NCBI GenBank assembly: GCA_964640155.1
Contig: CAZXEQ010000008.1
Span: 60,001-92,000, forward strand
Reading direction: 5' to 3'
Origin: an uncultured bacterium
GTDB lineage: Bacteria; Auribacterota; JACPWU01
Length of the DNA: 32,000 nt
In this document: positions 1 to 9,638 of the stretch, piece after piece
Layout of the letters: each line of letters begins with the position of its first letter
How positions within the stretch are numbered: position 1 is the stretch's first letter
Made by a program: the position numbers and the translations under genes
The notes under the pieces: generated by a model
The model's database searches: none
Told to the model about the DNA's origin: nothing
Seen by the model: only the letters and a program-made list of their open reading frames with translations

Positions 1-7
1 TCGACGC

Positions 8-3000
8 ATGCTAGGAATTCCTGTGGATAAAGTATTAAAAGTACTAAACCAGAAAGCATATACACAATTAGATCAAGAAATCTTAGAAGGTTTATTAAGA
101 GAAGCTGATGAAACCAGAATCGGAACAATCAATGAAACAGTTTCTTCTTGGATGAGAGAAAGGAGACTTGCTCCTGACTGTGATGCTCTAGAAGTAGAAC
201 GTGTAGCTCTTGCATCTGAAAGATATGCACCTGCAGAGGTTTTTTTATCATTGACCCGCTTAGATAGCAGCAGTCATTGGGAAAGAATTTTAGCTAAGCG
301 TGTTGTTCGTGAAGCTTTTGGTGGAAGCAAAAAATATGAAGGGCTTGTCTATTTAACTGAAACGATGATGAAGAAAAGCCATCAAGCAACTCAAGCAATT
401 GTAATAAAAGTCATTCGGAAAATGATGGATGAAGTTCAGATTTTTTTAAAAGAACAAAAAAAGGAAAAAGCCGAAGAAAAAGTGCTGATGGCTTTAGACC
501 TTCTTATCTATTTTCTTCAGCGCTCTAGAAGTTATTTTGTGCCTTCTTATCTTCTTAAAGAAGTTTTATTGAGAATTAAATCTGATCCAATGAAAGATTT
601 AGGCCCGGCTTGTTTTGAAAAAATAGCGCCCATGATTGTAGAGATGGAGAGATATTTGCCGAGTGCGTTTTGGATGAGAGAAGCAGTTTGGATGAATCAC
701 ATTGAACTTATCAAAGCTATAATGAGGCAAGAACAAAAGGCATTGCTGGATGAGAGAGTAGCGTTGTACGAAAGGGCTGGGCTATATCTTTCTGGTTTTT
801 TAAATGAGATCAAAAAGCTTGCACAAGAGGGTCATCTCAAAGAAGCCTTAGCGCTTTTTGATCTTGTTTTTTTAGAAAATGATTTTAAAGAAGGTGACTT
901 TTTAAAAGAAATTCAAAAAGTAAAATCTTTTTTAGAAGCTAGAAAACGTTTGCCTGATTTAAGAATGCAGCTATTAGATGCTTCAAAAATTTTTAAAGAA
1001 GGATTAATGATAAAAGATTTTTCAGAAAGTACAGTTACTTTTGAAGAGGTGTTGAGTTTATATCATTCTTCTCAAGTTCTCATGAGGGAGGCTCAATTAG
1101 ATTCTTTTGAAATAAAATTAGGGAATCGTTCTTTTATTTATACTCCTGTGATGCTCGAGGATAGAATTAGCTTGCTCGAGAACTTGATCCATTTTGAAAA
1201 TGCAATTGTAAAGTGGGATGGAACTCAAGTAGAGCATTTTATAGGAGTTCTAAAGAAATGTTTTGAAAAAACGAAACTTTCAGATGAAGAACGTTTAGGA
1301 TTTGAAAGATTATATGCAGAATATCAACTCATAGCAGAGATTCGCTTGCAAATTATGCAAGGTGATCTTCCCCGGGCGATCAGTCGTATATCATCGCTTC
1401 AAAACGCTGCACAAGCGCTGCCTCTGGCGCAGTTTTTTTATGAGCACTTGTTTGTTCATTTAAAACAGAAATTAACGGATGCTGTTCAAAATTCTGAAGC
1501 TGTTGGGAAAGCATTATTAGAACTTGATGAGCTATTTGCAATCAGATTGCCGGGTCCAGTACCCGCTTCTCTTTATGCTGATATGAGCCTTTTGGAAGAA
1601 CGCTTAAAATCAATCAAGAAGGCTTATAAACTTTATCAGGAAACACTTGAATTAATTGAAAGAGAAGAATTTGAGGGAGTGGAGCAAAATGCTGAGCGGA
1701 TTTCAAGAATATCAACGATCTGGGCCAAGATACTACGTGCAAAATTGGTTGATGAAAAAAATATCTTCAATGCGAAGATTCAAGAGAGATTAGATGAGTA
1801 TTGGAAGAAGGGGGAAGAGGCTTTTAAGAGAGTTTTAACGGTAGAAACAGAGCGGAAGTTTGACAAAGAAGCTTTGCAAACAGCTTTGGAAAATTATTCT
1901 CTTTTACTAAAAGAGAACTCTAAAAATCGGTCTTTAAAAATTGAAAGATCTAAGATTGTTTTGAAGCGTAATTTGATTCAAGCGTTTTTAAAAATTGATG
2001 CAGACTATGCATCAATTAACGATACCTCTTCTTTAAATTTACAATACAAAAAAATAGCCAGTATTTTAAAAAGAATAGATATTATTTTAGATACTTCATC
2101 TCCTTATCAAGAAGTCTTAGCTGAAGTGAAGCTTCCTTTAACGGCATTTAGGCGACAAATATCCGGTGCTCTTGGGGAAAAATCCGAGAGTTTAAAATTT
2201 CAGACAGACCAAAGAACTTCGAGAGATCAATTTCATCAAGCTTTTGAATTTTTTCATATGGGTTTTACATTCACGGATGCACAAAAGAGATCAGAATATT
2301 GGAATTTGTCTCGTCTTGCTTTTAAAAAGGTTAAAAATGATTTGTTATTTTTAAATCTAACTTCAATAGACAGAAGAGGAAAGCTCTATGATGATGCGTG
2401 GTTAGTGCAAATGTTGGATTTCATAAACGCTTTGATTGAGTTTGAGGGAATATCCGAGGATGATAAAAATAAAAGAACTAAATTAGAAAAAATGAAGACA
2501 CTAATGGAAGCGTCTGCTTCTTTTGATTTACGAGATACAGAGATAAAACAGATTCAGGGTTTAATAAAAAGAAGAGAGTTTTGGATGACATTCACTGATC
2601 TGATTGAGCAAAGGGAATATGCTCGCATGAGTGAAGTTTTAAAACAAGCTGAAGCTTCTAAAGAATTGCATGATGCTCCTGAAATAAAAAAAGCTCGTCA
2701 GCTCCATTGGAAATTGGCCTTTAAACCTATTAATGACTTGTTGGATAAAACAGAAACAACTCGAGTAAGCACAAAGCTAAAAGTTGGGGAGGAAGAAGTT
2801 GAAAAAAATTTGGTAGATTTGAGATTGGAGCGTGTCGGAGAACTTTTTACCGAATTTCTTTTAGATGAGTTTCAACAAAATTTTTCTCCTGATCAGCATA
2901 GGAAATATGAGGGGCTTCAAAAACGATGGAAAGGATTAAAAGAGGCTCGCCAAATCTATATTCGTGCCGAAGAAGAGCTAAGAAAAGGGAGTTTCTCTTC

Positions 3001-6000
3001 TGTGAAAAGGAGTGTTAATAAGATTAAAAGATATTCTGAAATGTGGGCAAGCGAGCTTAAAGGAAAAGTTCTTTTTGCAGAGCAAGAAAAGCATAGTGAA
3101 ATCATGGAAACGATCACTGCTGCGGATGATTTGTTTCGATATGCTTTGGACTGTGAAAGAGATACAGATATTAAACTTTTTAAAGAAAGTTCAGATTTAT
3201 ATTCTAGTGCGATTGCTAAAATGCAGATGTGTCATGCAGAAGTTGTGTTCCCAATATCTGAGATTTTATTGAGGGCTCATTTTGCCAAACAAGTTGCTGA
3301 AGTTGACCAACAGCTAGACGAAGTTCTTTCTAAGCCTATTTCAAGTTTGGAGGAGCTAACCACTCTTAATCAAAATGTTTTGTCCTTATTGAAGACAAGA
3401 GAAGATTCAAAGCTTGATAAAACAGCAGGAGACTTGGTACAGAAAGAGGATATTCAAGAGGATATTCGCAACAAAAGAATTTGGAAGAATTTGCTACAGA
3501 GGAGGGCACAGGTATTATGGAAAATGTCTTTCTTGGAAATACAGAAAGCTGCATTTTTAGAAATAAAAGAAGATAAAGAAAAACAAATTCAAATACGTCA
3601 AGCGCTTCTTGTTAGGGCTGAAGAACCTTTAAAGGAATTAAAAAGATCGAAAGCTTTTACAGATTTGGCCGCACAAATCAATTCTGCTAGCTCAGAAAGA
3701 AACGAGACAAAACCTCTCTTAAAACCTCCTAGAGCAGCATCCCTAGAAGATCGACTCAACTTAATGAGAGAAGCGAAGACAAAAGGTCGAGAAAGTTTAA
3801 AAAGAAAGGATCAAACAAAAGATCCAACAACGATAGCATTACGATTAATAGCTGCACTTAAGCAGCTTGTTCCAGTTAAAGCAGATGATGATCTTCTGGC
3901 ACAACAAACGCAAAGAGGTCTCGTTTTAATACAACTTCGTGTGATTCACCAAGCTATGATAAATCTTTCTTTGGGTGAAGTAGATCAAAAGAATATTCTG
4001 GAATTTATATTCAAGGTTTTAAATTTAACCGACCAGGTTGAGACAATTGGGGAGCTTATAGCAAAGGAAGAAGCATGGAAAAATAAAAATGATTTATCTT
4101 TAAAAGAAGCAGAAATGCGAAGATTCCAAGACGAAACACAGAAAAAAAATGAAGCTTTGTACCGGTCTATTATTGAAAAAATAATGGAATTAAATCAGGA
4201 TTATTCTTTCGAGGTGAGTGATCAAACTAGGATCAATAATGAAACTTCCTTTCATAGACTTAAAGAAGAGGCAGAGAGTTTAACAAAGAGTTTTGTTCCC
4301 CAAGAAGAAAGCCAAACGGCTTTTCAAGCCCAAATCAAAATTCGTTTTTATTTGTCTCAGATTACGGAAGAAATTTCAAAAACTCGTAAAAGTATTCTTT
4401 TTAAAGAAAAACTTACGAGTTGGAGAAAAACTCTATCATTGATTCAGCTTTTTCGAGAAGAAAGCTTTTATGAAAAGATTTGGGATAGTGAATTACTTGA
4501 TTTGCATGGACAGATTGAAAGTTTCTTTAAAGTTCATGATTTGCTTTTTAAGCATATATATCAAGTTGAAAATATGGCAGAAGCATTAACAAAATTAGAC
4601 TTAGCTGAATCTTTATTTCCTTCAAACATTGATCGATCTGTTTTGCCATGGAGCGAGCTTAGAAAGAGGTTGGATGTTTGCAAAGAAATGAAAGCCTTTT
4701 ATAGAAATTCTTTAACAGCAATAGATGGTGCAGGAAAACCTGTAGATGCTTTATGGGTTTTAAAAGTTTCCTTGGGAATGGCTAAAGATGCTTTAAGTGC
4801 TAGGGATTATGACCTGGTGAGGCTGGGGTTGTTAGAAGTGCTTTCAGGATGTTTGCAAAAAGGTTTTGAGAATTTTGATTCACTGGTTTTTGAAGATAGG
4901 GAAAAGCTTTTGCTTGGGTTAACAGAAATGGTTAAGGAAAAATTTTTGGATGAGACTTTTCTTGAAATGATTGTAGAGAGAACTTTTGAATCTATTTCTC
5001 AATATATCAATGATTCTCAAAAGCATCTTGGTAAAAGTCAATTAAACGATATTCGTGCTTGTGTACATGCATTTCAAAGATGCATAAGAACTTTAGATGA
5101 TTTGATGGCTATGATTTCGGTATCCCAAGACGAAGTGATTGTAAAACTTCAAGACATGAAGGACCAAGTTAATTTATTTCTTTTGATTTTTTTAACCCAT
5201 GCTCAATCATTAGGAGAACTAAATAATTTAAAATCCCCCCTTGAAAGAGTCCAGAAGTTAAGAGTATTAAATGAAAATATCTTTGGGGAAGACATCATAA
5301 TACCACTTTTAAAATCGCACGAAGAAACCATTCAGCGTATTGTCCTTTATTATCGTCAGCAATGGATGCAGGCTTTATTACATTTAGCCATTACAGGAGC
5401 GCAAAATGCCGAGGAAGAAGATCATTTTTTAAATGAGCTCACTTTAGGAATTCATTTTCTTAATGAAGGGTTTGAGGAGGGGAATGCGCTTTTAGTTAGA
5501 GCAGTTCAAGAAAGAAAAATGATTGGGAACTCAAATTTGTTAAATCCTAAAAGTGATTTAATACAATTTGAAGAACTCTTAAAAATAGCGAGTACTTATG
5601 GAGGAGTGTTTTTTCAAGATCGATTATCTTCTTTGATCAATCACGCATTAAGCGAATGTCTCGTTCTTTTAAAAAAGGGACAGTTAGATTCTGTTGAAAC
5701 TTTTTTAAAGCTTGTGGATAAAAATAGGAAAATTTTGACACTCAATGAAGATCTTTTAAGACATGTAGCAGATGAAGTAACGACTTTTCTAGAATTAAGA
5801 CGACAAATCAACGAAATAAAGATCGCTTTAAAATCAGACAAATCCTCAACGCATTGGATGGCGTTAGCTGGCATTTATCAAAAATGGTTAAATCATGCTC
5901 CCTATGACGATAATATCTTTTCGGATTACACAAATCTTTTGAAAAAAGTTGTTCAGGATTTTGAAAAAGGGCTAGAAGCAGCTACTTCTCTAGAGGCTTT

Positions 6001-9000
6001 ACATGAGATTATGTCAACTTTTCAGTTTAATGAACTTTTTAGCGACGAAAGTGAAATAGCGCTTGAGAATAGTCTTAAGGATTCTGATCGTCGAAAGACT
6101 TTTTTAGAAATAAAGAAACGCTTTGTAATAATACGAAATCAAATAATGGCAAATTTGAATGGTATAAACCTTGATAAAATACAAGATTTTGAAAAACAAC
6201 TTGAACAATTTCCTTTTCTCCATGTTTTAAGTCGAGTTCTTGTTCCTGTGATGTATGCTTGGACGCAAGATTGTTATGCTGAAAGTGCTTCTTTGCAAGG
6301 AGGGACTTATAAAGAAGCTTTAAACAAATCTTTTGAGGCATTGAAGTCTGTTCACTCAATAACTTCTCTCTTAAAGAAGCGTACACGAATATTTATATCG
6401 ACTGAAAGGAGTTTGGCTGAGGAAGGTGCTCATACGCTTGGCATTTTACTTCAGGGGCTTGAAGATGCTCAAAATCCCTTACTGGAACAGCTAGGCTATG
6501 AAGTTTTATCTGAAAGACTTGTTCTCTATAACAAAAAAGTAAGCTCTCTTCCTAAATCCCATCAGAATGAGTCAGAACAAGAAAAAGTAATACAAGCATA
6601 TTTGCGAGCCTATTGCGAATCTTTGCGTATTCAATTTGAAAAAATTGAGAATAAAGCAATTAATAAGTCGCAAACAGGGGAAAATATTTATCAGAGTTAT
6701 GAAGATTTATTAAAATTAGAAGCAGCATTCGATTTGCTAAATGCCTATCAAGTCCGTTTCCCTGAAATCACTTCTGTTTTAGAAATACTTCAAAGTGATT
6801 GCGCACGTCTTAAAAGAGGAATTTGGTTGCTCAGTCTGTTTTTTCAAGAAGAATTTTCAAATCTCAAATTAAAAAAACTTTCTATGGTGGATTTAAATGA
6901 TGCTTTTAGAGTTTTAGAATATGGATTTGAAATACAGAATGTTTTTAGAACAGAAGAGCCTGTTTTGACAGAGTTGGATTTAGCTGTTGAATGGTTTAAA
7001 TATTTATGGAGTCCTTCTCTTGATTTACAAAAGAATTCTGAAGAATTAAAACTTATTTTAAAAAAAGCTATAAGTCTTTTGGCTCGTCCTGGGCCAAGAG
7101 CAAAAATCGTCGTAGAGATTATAAATTCTTTTTTGTACAGTCAGATTCATTTTTTAGAATATTTAATTCATAGTAGAAATTATACTGAAGCTCAAAGGCA
7201 TATTAACTTTTTTTTAAATCTTATTCCTCAGGAAGATGCTTATCGGGATATTCGTCAGAAATTAGAAGCGCTTTTAACAAAAGCTGTGGCGCCTTCGCAG
7301 GAAGAGTCTTCACCGATTTCGCCTGATGCCCCACACGCGAATGGTGCTGACAAAGTTCTTGAGAATGGTTCTGAGAATGGAATACATAAACCTTCGACAG
7401 GGATTATTCCTCCACGTGATACGGAAGTACTAGATCAGTGGGTAAGAAATCTTCCTGGTCATTGGACAAGAGATCTTCTTATCCCGGGTTTATCTCGTCC
7501 TCACTTTTTGGCTCTTCATGGAGGTTATATAGATGGGGGAGAAAAACCTGCTGTGACTCATGTTAAGACCAATCAGGCAATCGCTCGTGATATGGTTGCA
7601 CTAGATGCTGTTCCCATCGAGACTGTTGAGGGGATAGGCATTCTTTCAAAAGATTCTGATTTAATAAGAGCGATGCAAAGCTTTTTAAAAGGTGCTTTTT
7701 TGAATTCAAGAACAAAAAATGCCTTAAAAGGCGTAAGAGTTGTTTTGCTACCGGAACCCCAAGTTGATGAAAAGAGCGGACCAAAGCCAAATCCAAAACA
7801 AGCCTGCATTGAAGAAAATGATTTGGGATCTGTCTATGCTCATTATGGTCAAAAAGGTCAAGACCCAAAAGGCCAAACTTCTTCGATTTTCTTTAGGGCA
7901 GAGCTTGTAAAACGATTACTTGCTTTACCTGAAAAAGGACCTCAAGCGTTAGCGGCTTTAATAAAATTAGAGTCTTACCGACATGAATACCGTGAAGATC
8001 CCAAAAAGGTGGATAAGCGTTCATCTGCTGAAGTTGTAAAAGCAGCTAGGCTCAGTAGAGATGAGCTCAGAAATTTAGTCCATAGTCTCGCCGAAGTAGA
8101 GGCCGATATTCTTCTAGAAGAAAAGGATAATACTCAGGCTATTATTAATGCTGCAGAACTTCTGGAACATCCAGAAATGGCGATGCTTGATGACAATACT
8201 GTTATAGGTAAGTTGAGAGGTCCGCTATCGACTGTGTTCACTCGTAAAATCGCTGATCGCATTCGAACCACCGAAGATGATCGAGCAAAAAGATATTTGA
8301 TGCAAATACAAGCGGCCACAGAGAAAATACACAATATTCAAATTGCTAGCGAAAGCGAGCTACTCATAAGCTTTCTTAAAGACAAACTTAGAGAAATTCC
8401 AAATATACAAACTTTAGGAATCGATCTTCTTATGGGAGAAATCATCGTCACATTGGCTGATGGTAAAAAACAAAGTTTAAAACTCTCCAGTCAGGTTATA
8501 CAAGCCTTAAGTCTTATGGTTGGAAAGTTGGCTGGCTCCGTTGAAAGAATTGTTATAGATATTGCGACATCAGAGCAAAGGGGAAATTTCTTAGAAAAGG
8601 CTATAATCTTATTAATGAGTCCAGATCAAAAAACTTTAACTCCTAACGAAAGAAAAATTATAGGAGAATTAACAGCTCAAAGAATAGAAATAGAAGCTGT
8701 CGATCTTATTCATATCAGTCAAGACCTTGGAAATCTTGCTCGAATTACTCCTGATGTCATTAAAGCTTCAGAATACTTTGCTCAAAGCTTAGACCAAAGA
8801 AAACATCCTATCTTAATAGAAGCCGAACTTATAAAGCAAAAATTGGCATCACTTACAGGTGATGATAGGGAAGCCTTTCTTAAACATTGTCAAAAATATT
8901 ATGCGGTATTACGAACAGAAAAAGTAGAAGGTCTGGAAGAAGATAAAACACAAGAACATCTTTGGAAGAATTACGACGCCTTTATAGAGCTTGATCCAAA

Positions 9001-9370
9001 TTATAAAGTAGCTATTTTAAACGCAACGTCATTGCCTGCTGAAATAGAGCAGGTTATGGTTATTAAACTTAATGCTGACCAACAAAATTCCGACACAATC
9101 TTCAATGAATTAACCAATTTTGCAACCTATATTGCTGATATAGGCAAAAAAGAGGCAAGAGAAGACGGACAAGTTAGCAAAATGTTTTCCATTCTCATAC
9201 AAGCCCTGTATGAGGGAAATCCTCAAGAAGCCCAGTCAATATTAAGCAAAATGTCTTTAGAAGAAATTTTAGTAAAATCAGAAATCTTATTCCCGCCGAT
9301 TAATCAGCATTTTCAAAAAGACTTAGATGCTTTTATACGCGCCAAACGCACCATTGATGCAATGGCGTAA
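8..9370 (+). CDS. Giant (>=3,120 aa) predominantly alpha-helical, K/E/L-rich protein of unknown function; probably 5'-truncated by the window edge
   Basis: Track ORF from ATG 8 to TAA 9368-9370. The same frame is already open at bases 2-7 (CGA CGC), so the real start may lie upstream. The listed N-terminus has no signal peptide. All ORFs overlapping it in other frames are <=103 aa. I recognised no catalytic or family motif by eye. Confidence 0.9.
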   Translation: MLGIPVDKVLKVLNQKAYTQLDQEILEGLLREADETRIGTINETVSSWMRERRLAPDCDALEVERVALASERYAPAEVFLSLTRLDSSSHWERILAKRVVREAFGGSKKYEGLVYLTETMMKKSHQATQAIVIKVIRKMMDEVQIFLKEQKKEKAEEKVLMALDLLIYFLQRSRSYFVPSYLLKEVLLRIKSDPMKDLGPACFEKIAPMIVEMERYLPSAFWMREAVWMNHIELIKAIMRQEQKALLDERVALYERAGLYLSGFLNEIKKLAQEGHLKEALALFDLVFLENDFKEGDFLKEIQKVKSFLEARKRLPDLRMQLLDASKIFKEGLMIKDFSESTVTFEEVLSLYHSSQVLMREAQLDSFEIKLGNRSFIYTPVMLEDRISLLENLIHFENAIVKWDGTQVEHFIGVLKKCFEKTKLSDEERLGFERLYAEYQLIAEIRLQIMQGDLPRAISRISSLQNAAQALPLAQFFYEHLFVHLKQKLTDAVQNSEAVGKALLELDELFAIRLPGPVPASLYADMSLLEERLKSIKKAYKLYQETLELIEREEFEGVEQNAERISRISTIWAKILRAKLVDEKNIFNAKIQERLDEYWKKGEEAFKRVLTVETERKFDKEALQTALENYSLLLKENSKNRSLKIERSKIVLKRNLIQAFLKIDADYASINDTSSLNLQYKKIASILKRIDIILDTSSPYQEVLAEVKLPLTAFRRQISGALGEKSESLKFQTDQRTSRDQFHQAFEFFHMGFTFTDAQKRSEYWNLSRLAFKKVKNDLLFLNLTSIDRRGKLYDDAWLVQMLDFINALIEFEGISEDDKNKRTKLEKMKTLMEASASFDLRDTEIKQIQGLIKRREFWMTFTDLIEQREYARMSEVLKQAEASKELHDAPEIKKARQLHWKLAFKPINDLLDKTETTRVSTKLKVGEEEVEKNLVDLRLERVGELFTEFLLDEFQQNFSPDQHRKYEGLQKRWKGLKEARQIYIRAEEELRKGSFSSVKRSVNKIKRYSEMWASELKGKVLFAEQEKHSEIMETITAADDLFRYALDCERDTDIKLFKESSDLYSSAIAKMQMCHAEVVFPISEILLRAHFAKQVAEVDQQLDEVLSKPISSLEELTTLNQNVLSLLKTREDSKLDKTAGDLVQKEDIQEDIRNKRIWKNLLQRRAQVLWKMSFLEIQKAAFLEIKEDKEKQIQIRQALLVRAEEPLKELKRSKAFTDLAAQINSASSERNETKPLLKPPRAASLEDRLNLMREAKTKGRESLKRKDQTKDPTTIALRLIAALKQLVPVKADDDLLAQQTQRGLVLIQLRVIHQAMINLSLGEVDQKNILEFIFKVLNLTDQVETIGELIAKEEAWKNKNDLSLKEAEMRRFQDETQKKNEALYRSIIEKIMELNQDYSFEVSDQTRINNETSFHRLKEEAESLTKSFVPQEESQTAFQAQIKIRFYLSQITEEISKTRKSILFKEKLTSWRKTLSLIQLFREESFYEKIWDSELLDLHGQIESFFKVHDLLFKHIYQVENMAEALTKLDLAESLFPSNIDRSVLPWSELRKRLDVCKEMKAFYRNSLTAIDGAGKPVDALWVLKVSLGMAKDALSARDYDLVRLGLLEVLSGCLQKGFENFDSLVFEDREKLLLGLTEMVKEKFLDETFLEMIVERTFESISQYINDSQKHLGKSQLNDIRACVHAFQRCIRTLDDLMAMISVSQDEVIVKLQDMKDQVNLFLLIFLTHAQSLGELNNLKSPLERVQKLRVLNENIFGEDIIIPLLKSHEETIQRIVLYYRQQWMQALLHLAITGAQNAEEEDHFLNELTLGIHFLNEGFEEGNALLVRAVQERKMIGNSNLLNPKSDLIQFEELLKIASTYGGVFFQDRLSSLINHALSECLVLLKKGQLDSVETFLKLVDKNRKILTLNEDLLRHVADEVTTFLELRRQINEIKIALKSDKSSTHWMALAGIYQKWLNHAPYDDNIFSDYTNLLKKVVQDFEKGLEAATSLEALHEIMSTFQFNELFSDESEIALENSLKDSDRRKTFLEIKKRFVIIRNQIMANLNGINLDKIQDFEKQLEQFPFLHVLSRVLVPVMYAWTQDCYAESASLQGGTYKEALNKSFEALKSVHSITSLLKKRTRIFISTERSLAEEGAHTLGILLQGLEDAQNPLLEQLGYEVLSERLVLYNKKVSSLPKSHQNESEQEKVIQAYLRAYCESLRIQFEKIENKAINKSQTGENIYQSYEDLLKLEAAFDLLNAYQVRFPEITSVLEILQSDCARLKRGIWLLSLFFQEEFSNLKLKKLSMVDLNDAFRVLEYGFEIQNVFRTEEPVLTELDLAVEWFKYLWSPSLDLQKNSEELKLILKKAISLLARPGPRAKIVVEIINSFLYSQIHFLEYLIHSRNYTEAQRHINFFLNLIPQEDAYRDIRQKLEALLTKAVAPSQEESSPISPDAPHANGADKVLENGSENGIHKPSTGIIPPRDTEVLDQWVRNLPGHWTRDLLIPGLSRPHFLALHGGYIDGGEKPAVTHVKTNQAIARDMVALDAVPIETVEGIGILSKDSDLIRAMQSFLKGAFLNSRTKNALKGVRVVLLPEPQVDEKSGPKPNPKQACIEENDLGSVYAHYGQKGQDPKGQTSSIFFRAELVKRLLALPEKGPQALAALIKLESYRHEYREDPKKVDKRSSAEVVKAARLSRDELRNLVHSLAEVEADILLEEKDNTQAIINAAELLEHPEMAMLDDNTVIGKLRGPLSTVFTRKIADRIRTTEDDRAKRYLMQIQAATEKIHNIQIASESELLISFLKDKLREIPNIQTLGIDLLMGEIIVTLADGKKQSLKLSSQVIQALSLMVGKLAGSVERIVIDIATSEQRGNFLEKAIILLMSPDQKTLTPNERKIIGELTAQRIEIEAVDLIHISQDLGNLARITPDVIKASEYFAQSLDQRKHPILIEAELIKQKLASLTGDDREAFLKHCQKYYAVLRTEKVEGLEEDKTQEHLWKNYDAFIELDPNYKVAILNATSLPAEIEQVMVIKLNADQQNSDTIFNELTNFATYIADIGKKEAREDGQVSKMFSILIQALYEGNPQEAQSILSKMSLEEILVKSEILFPPINQHFQKDLDAFIRAKRTIDAMA
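7289..7420 (+). other. Pro/Ser/Gly/Asn-rich low-complexity linker inside gene 1 (about aa 2428-2471)
   Basis: The peptide APSQEESSPISPDAPHANGADKVLENGSENGIHKPSTGIIPPRD interrupts otherwise helical, K/E/L-rich sequence. It separates an N-terminal region of about 2,430 aa from a compositionally different C-terminal region of about 650 aa. Confidence 0.6.
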
Positions 9371-9458
9371 TTATTTTTCTTATCATTTGATGAAAGATTC
9401 ATTTTGAGTTAAAGCTGCCAGAGAACTTTTCCCGCAGACAATTTTTTGAATTTTCTTG

Positions 9459-9487
9459 TTGACCCCAAAGAATCTTCTCTATAGAAT
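9459..9487 (+). promoter_or_regulatory. Candidate sigma70-type promoter for gene 2 (-35 TTGACC 9459-9464, 17-nt spacer, -10 TAGAAT 9482-9487)
   Basis: Read directly from the sequence. The -35 matches consensus at 5/6, the spacer is the optimal 17 nt, and the -10 matches at 5/6. An A/T-rich tract (ATTTTTTGAATTTTC) lies just upstream. The element sits in the only substantial non-coding gap of the window, about 80 nt before the start codon. Confidence 0.35.
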
Positions 9488-9550
9488 TCCTAAAAAATTT
9501 GTTACTACATACTTTAGTTTAATTTGTTTATCAGGTTCAAAACGGTGAAT

Positions 9551-9557
9551 AAGGGGG
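9551..9557 (+). promoter_or_regulatory. Shine-Dalgarno-like AAGGGGG, 9 nt upstream of TTG 9567
   Basis: A purine-rich AGGGGG lies at canonical spacing from the only start-type codon between the in-frame TGA (9546-9548) and the hydrophobic N-terminal peptide. Confidence 0.5.
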
Positions 9558-9566
9558 CGCACCCGT

Positions 9567-9638
9567 TTGAAGAAATTTATTGCATCTTTATTAAGCATTC
9601 TTCAACTTTTCTGGTCTATTCCAGAAGATTTATTTGCT
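9567..9638 (+). other. Putative Sec signal peptide (M)KKFIASLLSILQLFWSIPEDLFA | QD
   Basis: A basic KK n-region is followed by a hydrophobic core of about 13 residues, then a small-residue site (LFA) before an acidic/polar mature N-terminus. Judged by eye only. Confidence 0.5.

Noticed and set aside
1-21. Cluster of restriction-site-like sequences at the window start (TCGAC, GCATGC, GAATTC), suggesting a vector polylinker
   Set aside because: It does not match any polylinker I can recall exactly. The ORF reads through it smoothly, and three hexamer palindromes can occur by chance. This is not supportable.
3012-3272. Small ORFs nested in gene 1 (3012..3272 +, 3366..3554 -, 5641..5874 -, 6075..6386 -, 7563..7868 -, 7573..7809 -, 8134..8334 -)
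   Set aside because: These are shadow ORFs of <=103 aa lying entirely within a 9.4-kb ORF. There is no independent support for them.
8341-8360. ATTGCTAGCGAAAGCGAGC in gene 1, resembling the left arm and core of the mini-element
   Set aside because: It has no matching right arm (CGAAGCAAT) and only a partial left arm. It is most likely coincidence.
9371-9458. Possible intrinsic terminator after gene 1 (ATGAA-AGA-TTCAT followed by TTT; CTGC...GCAG followed by ACAATTTTTT)
   Set aside because: The stems are only 4-5 bp, and are either AT-rich or have a long loop. This is not convincing as a rho-independent terminator, so read-through or co-transcription cannot be excluded.
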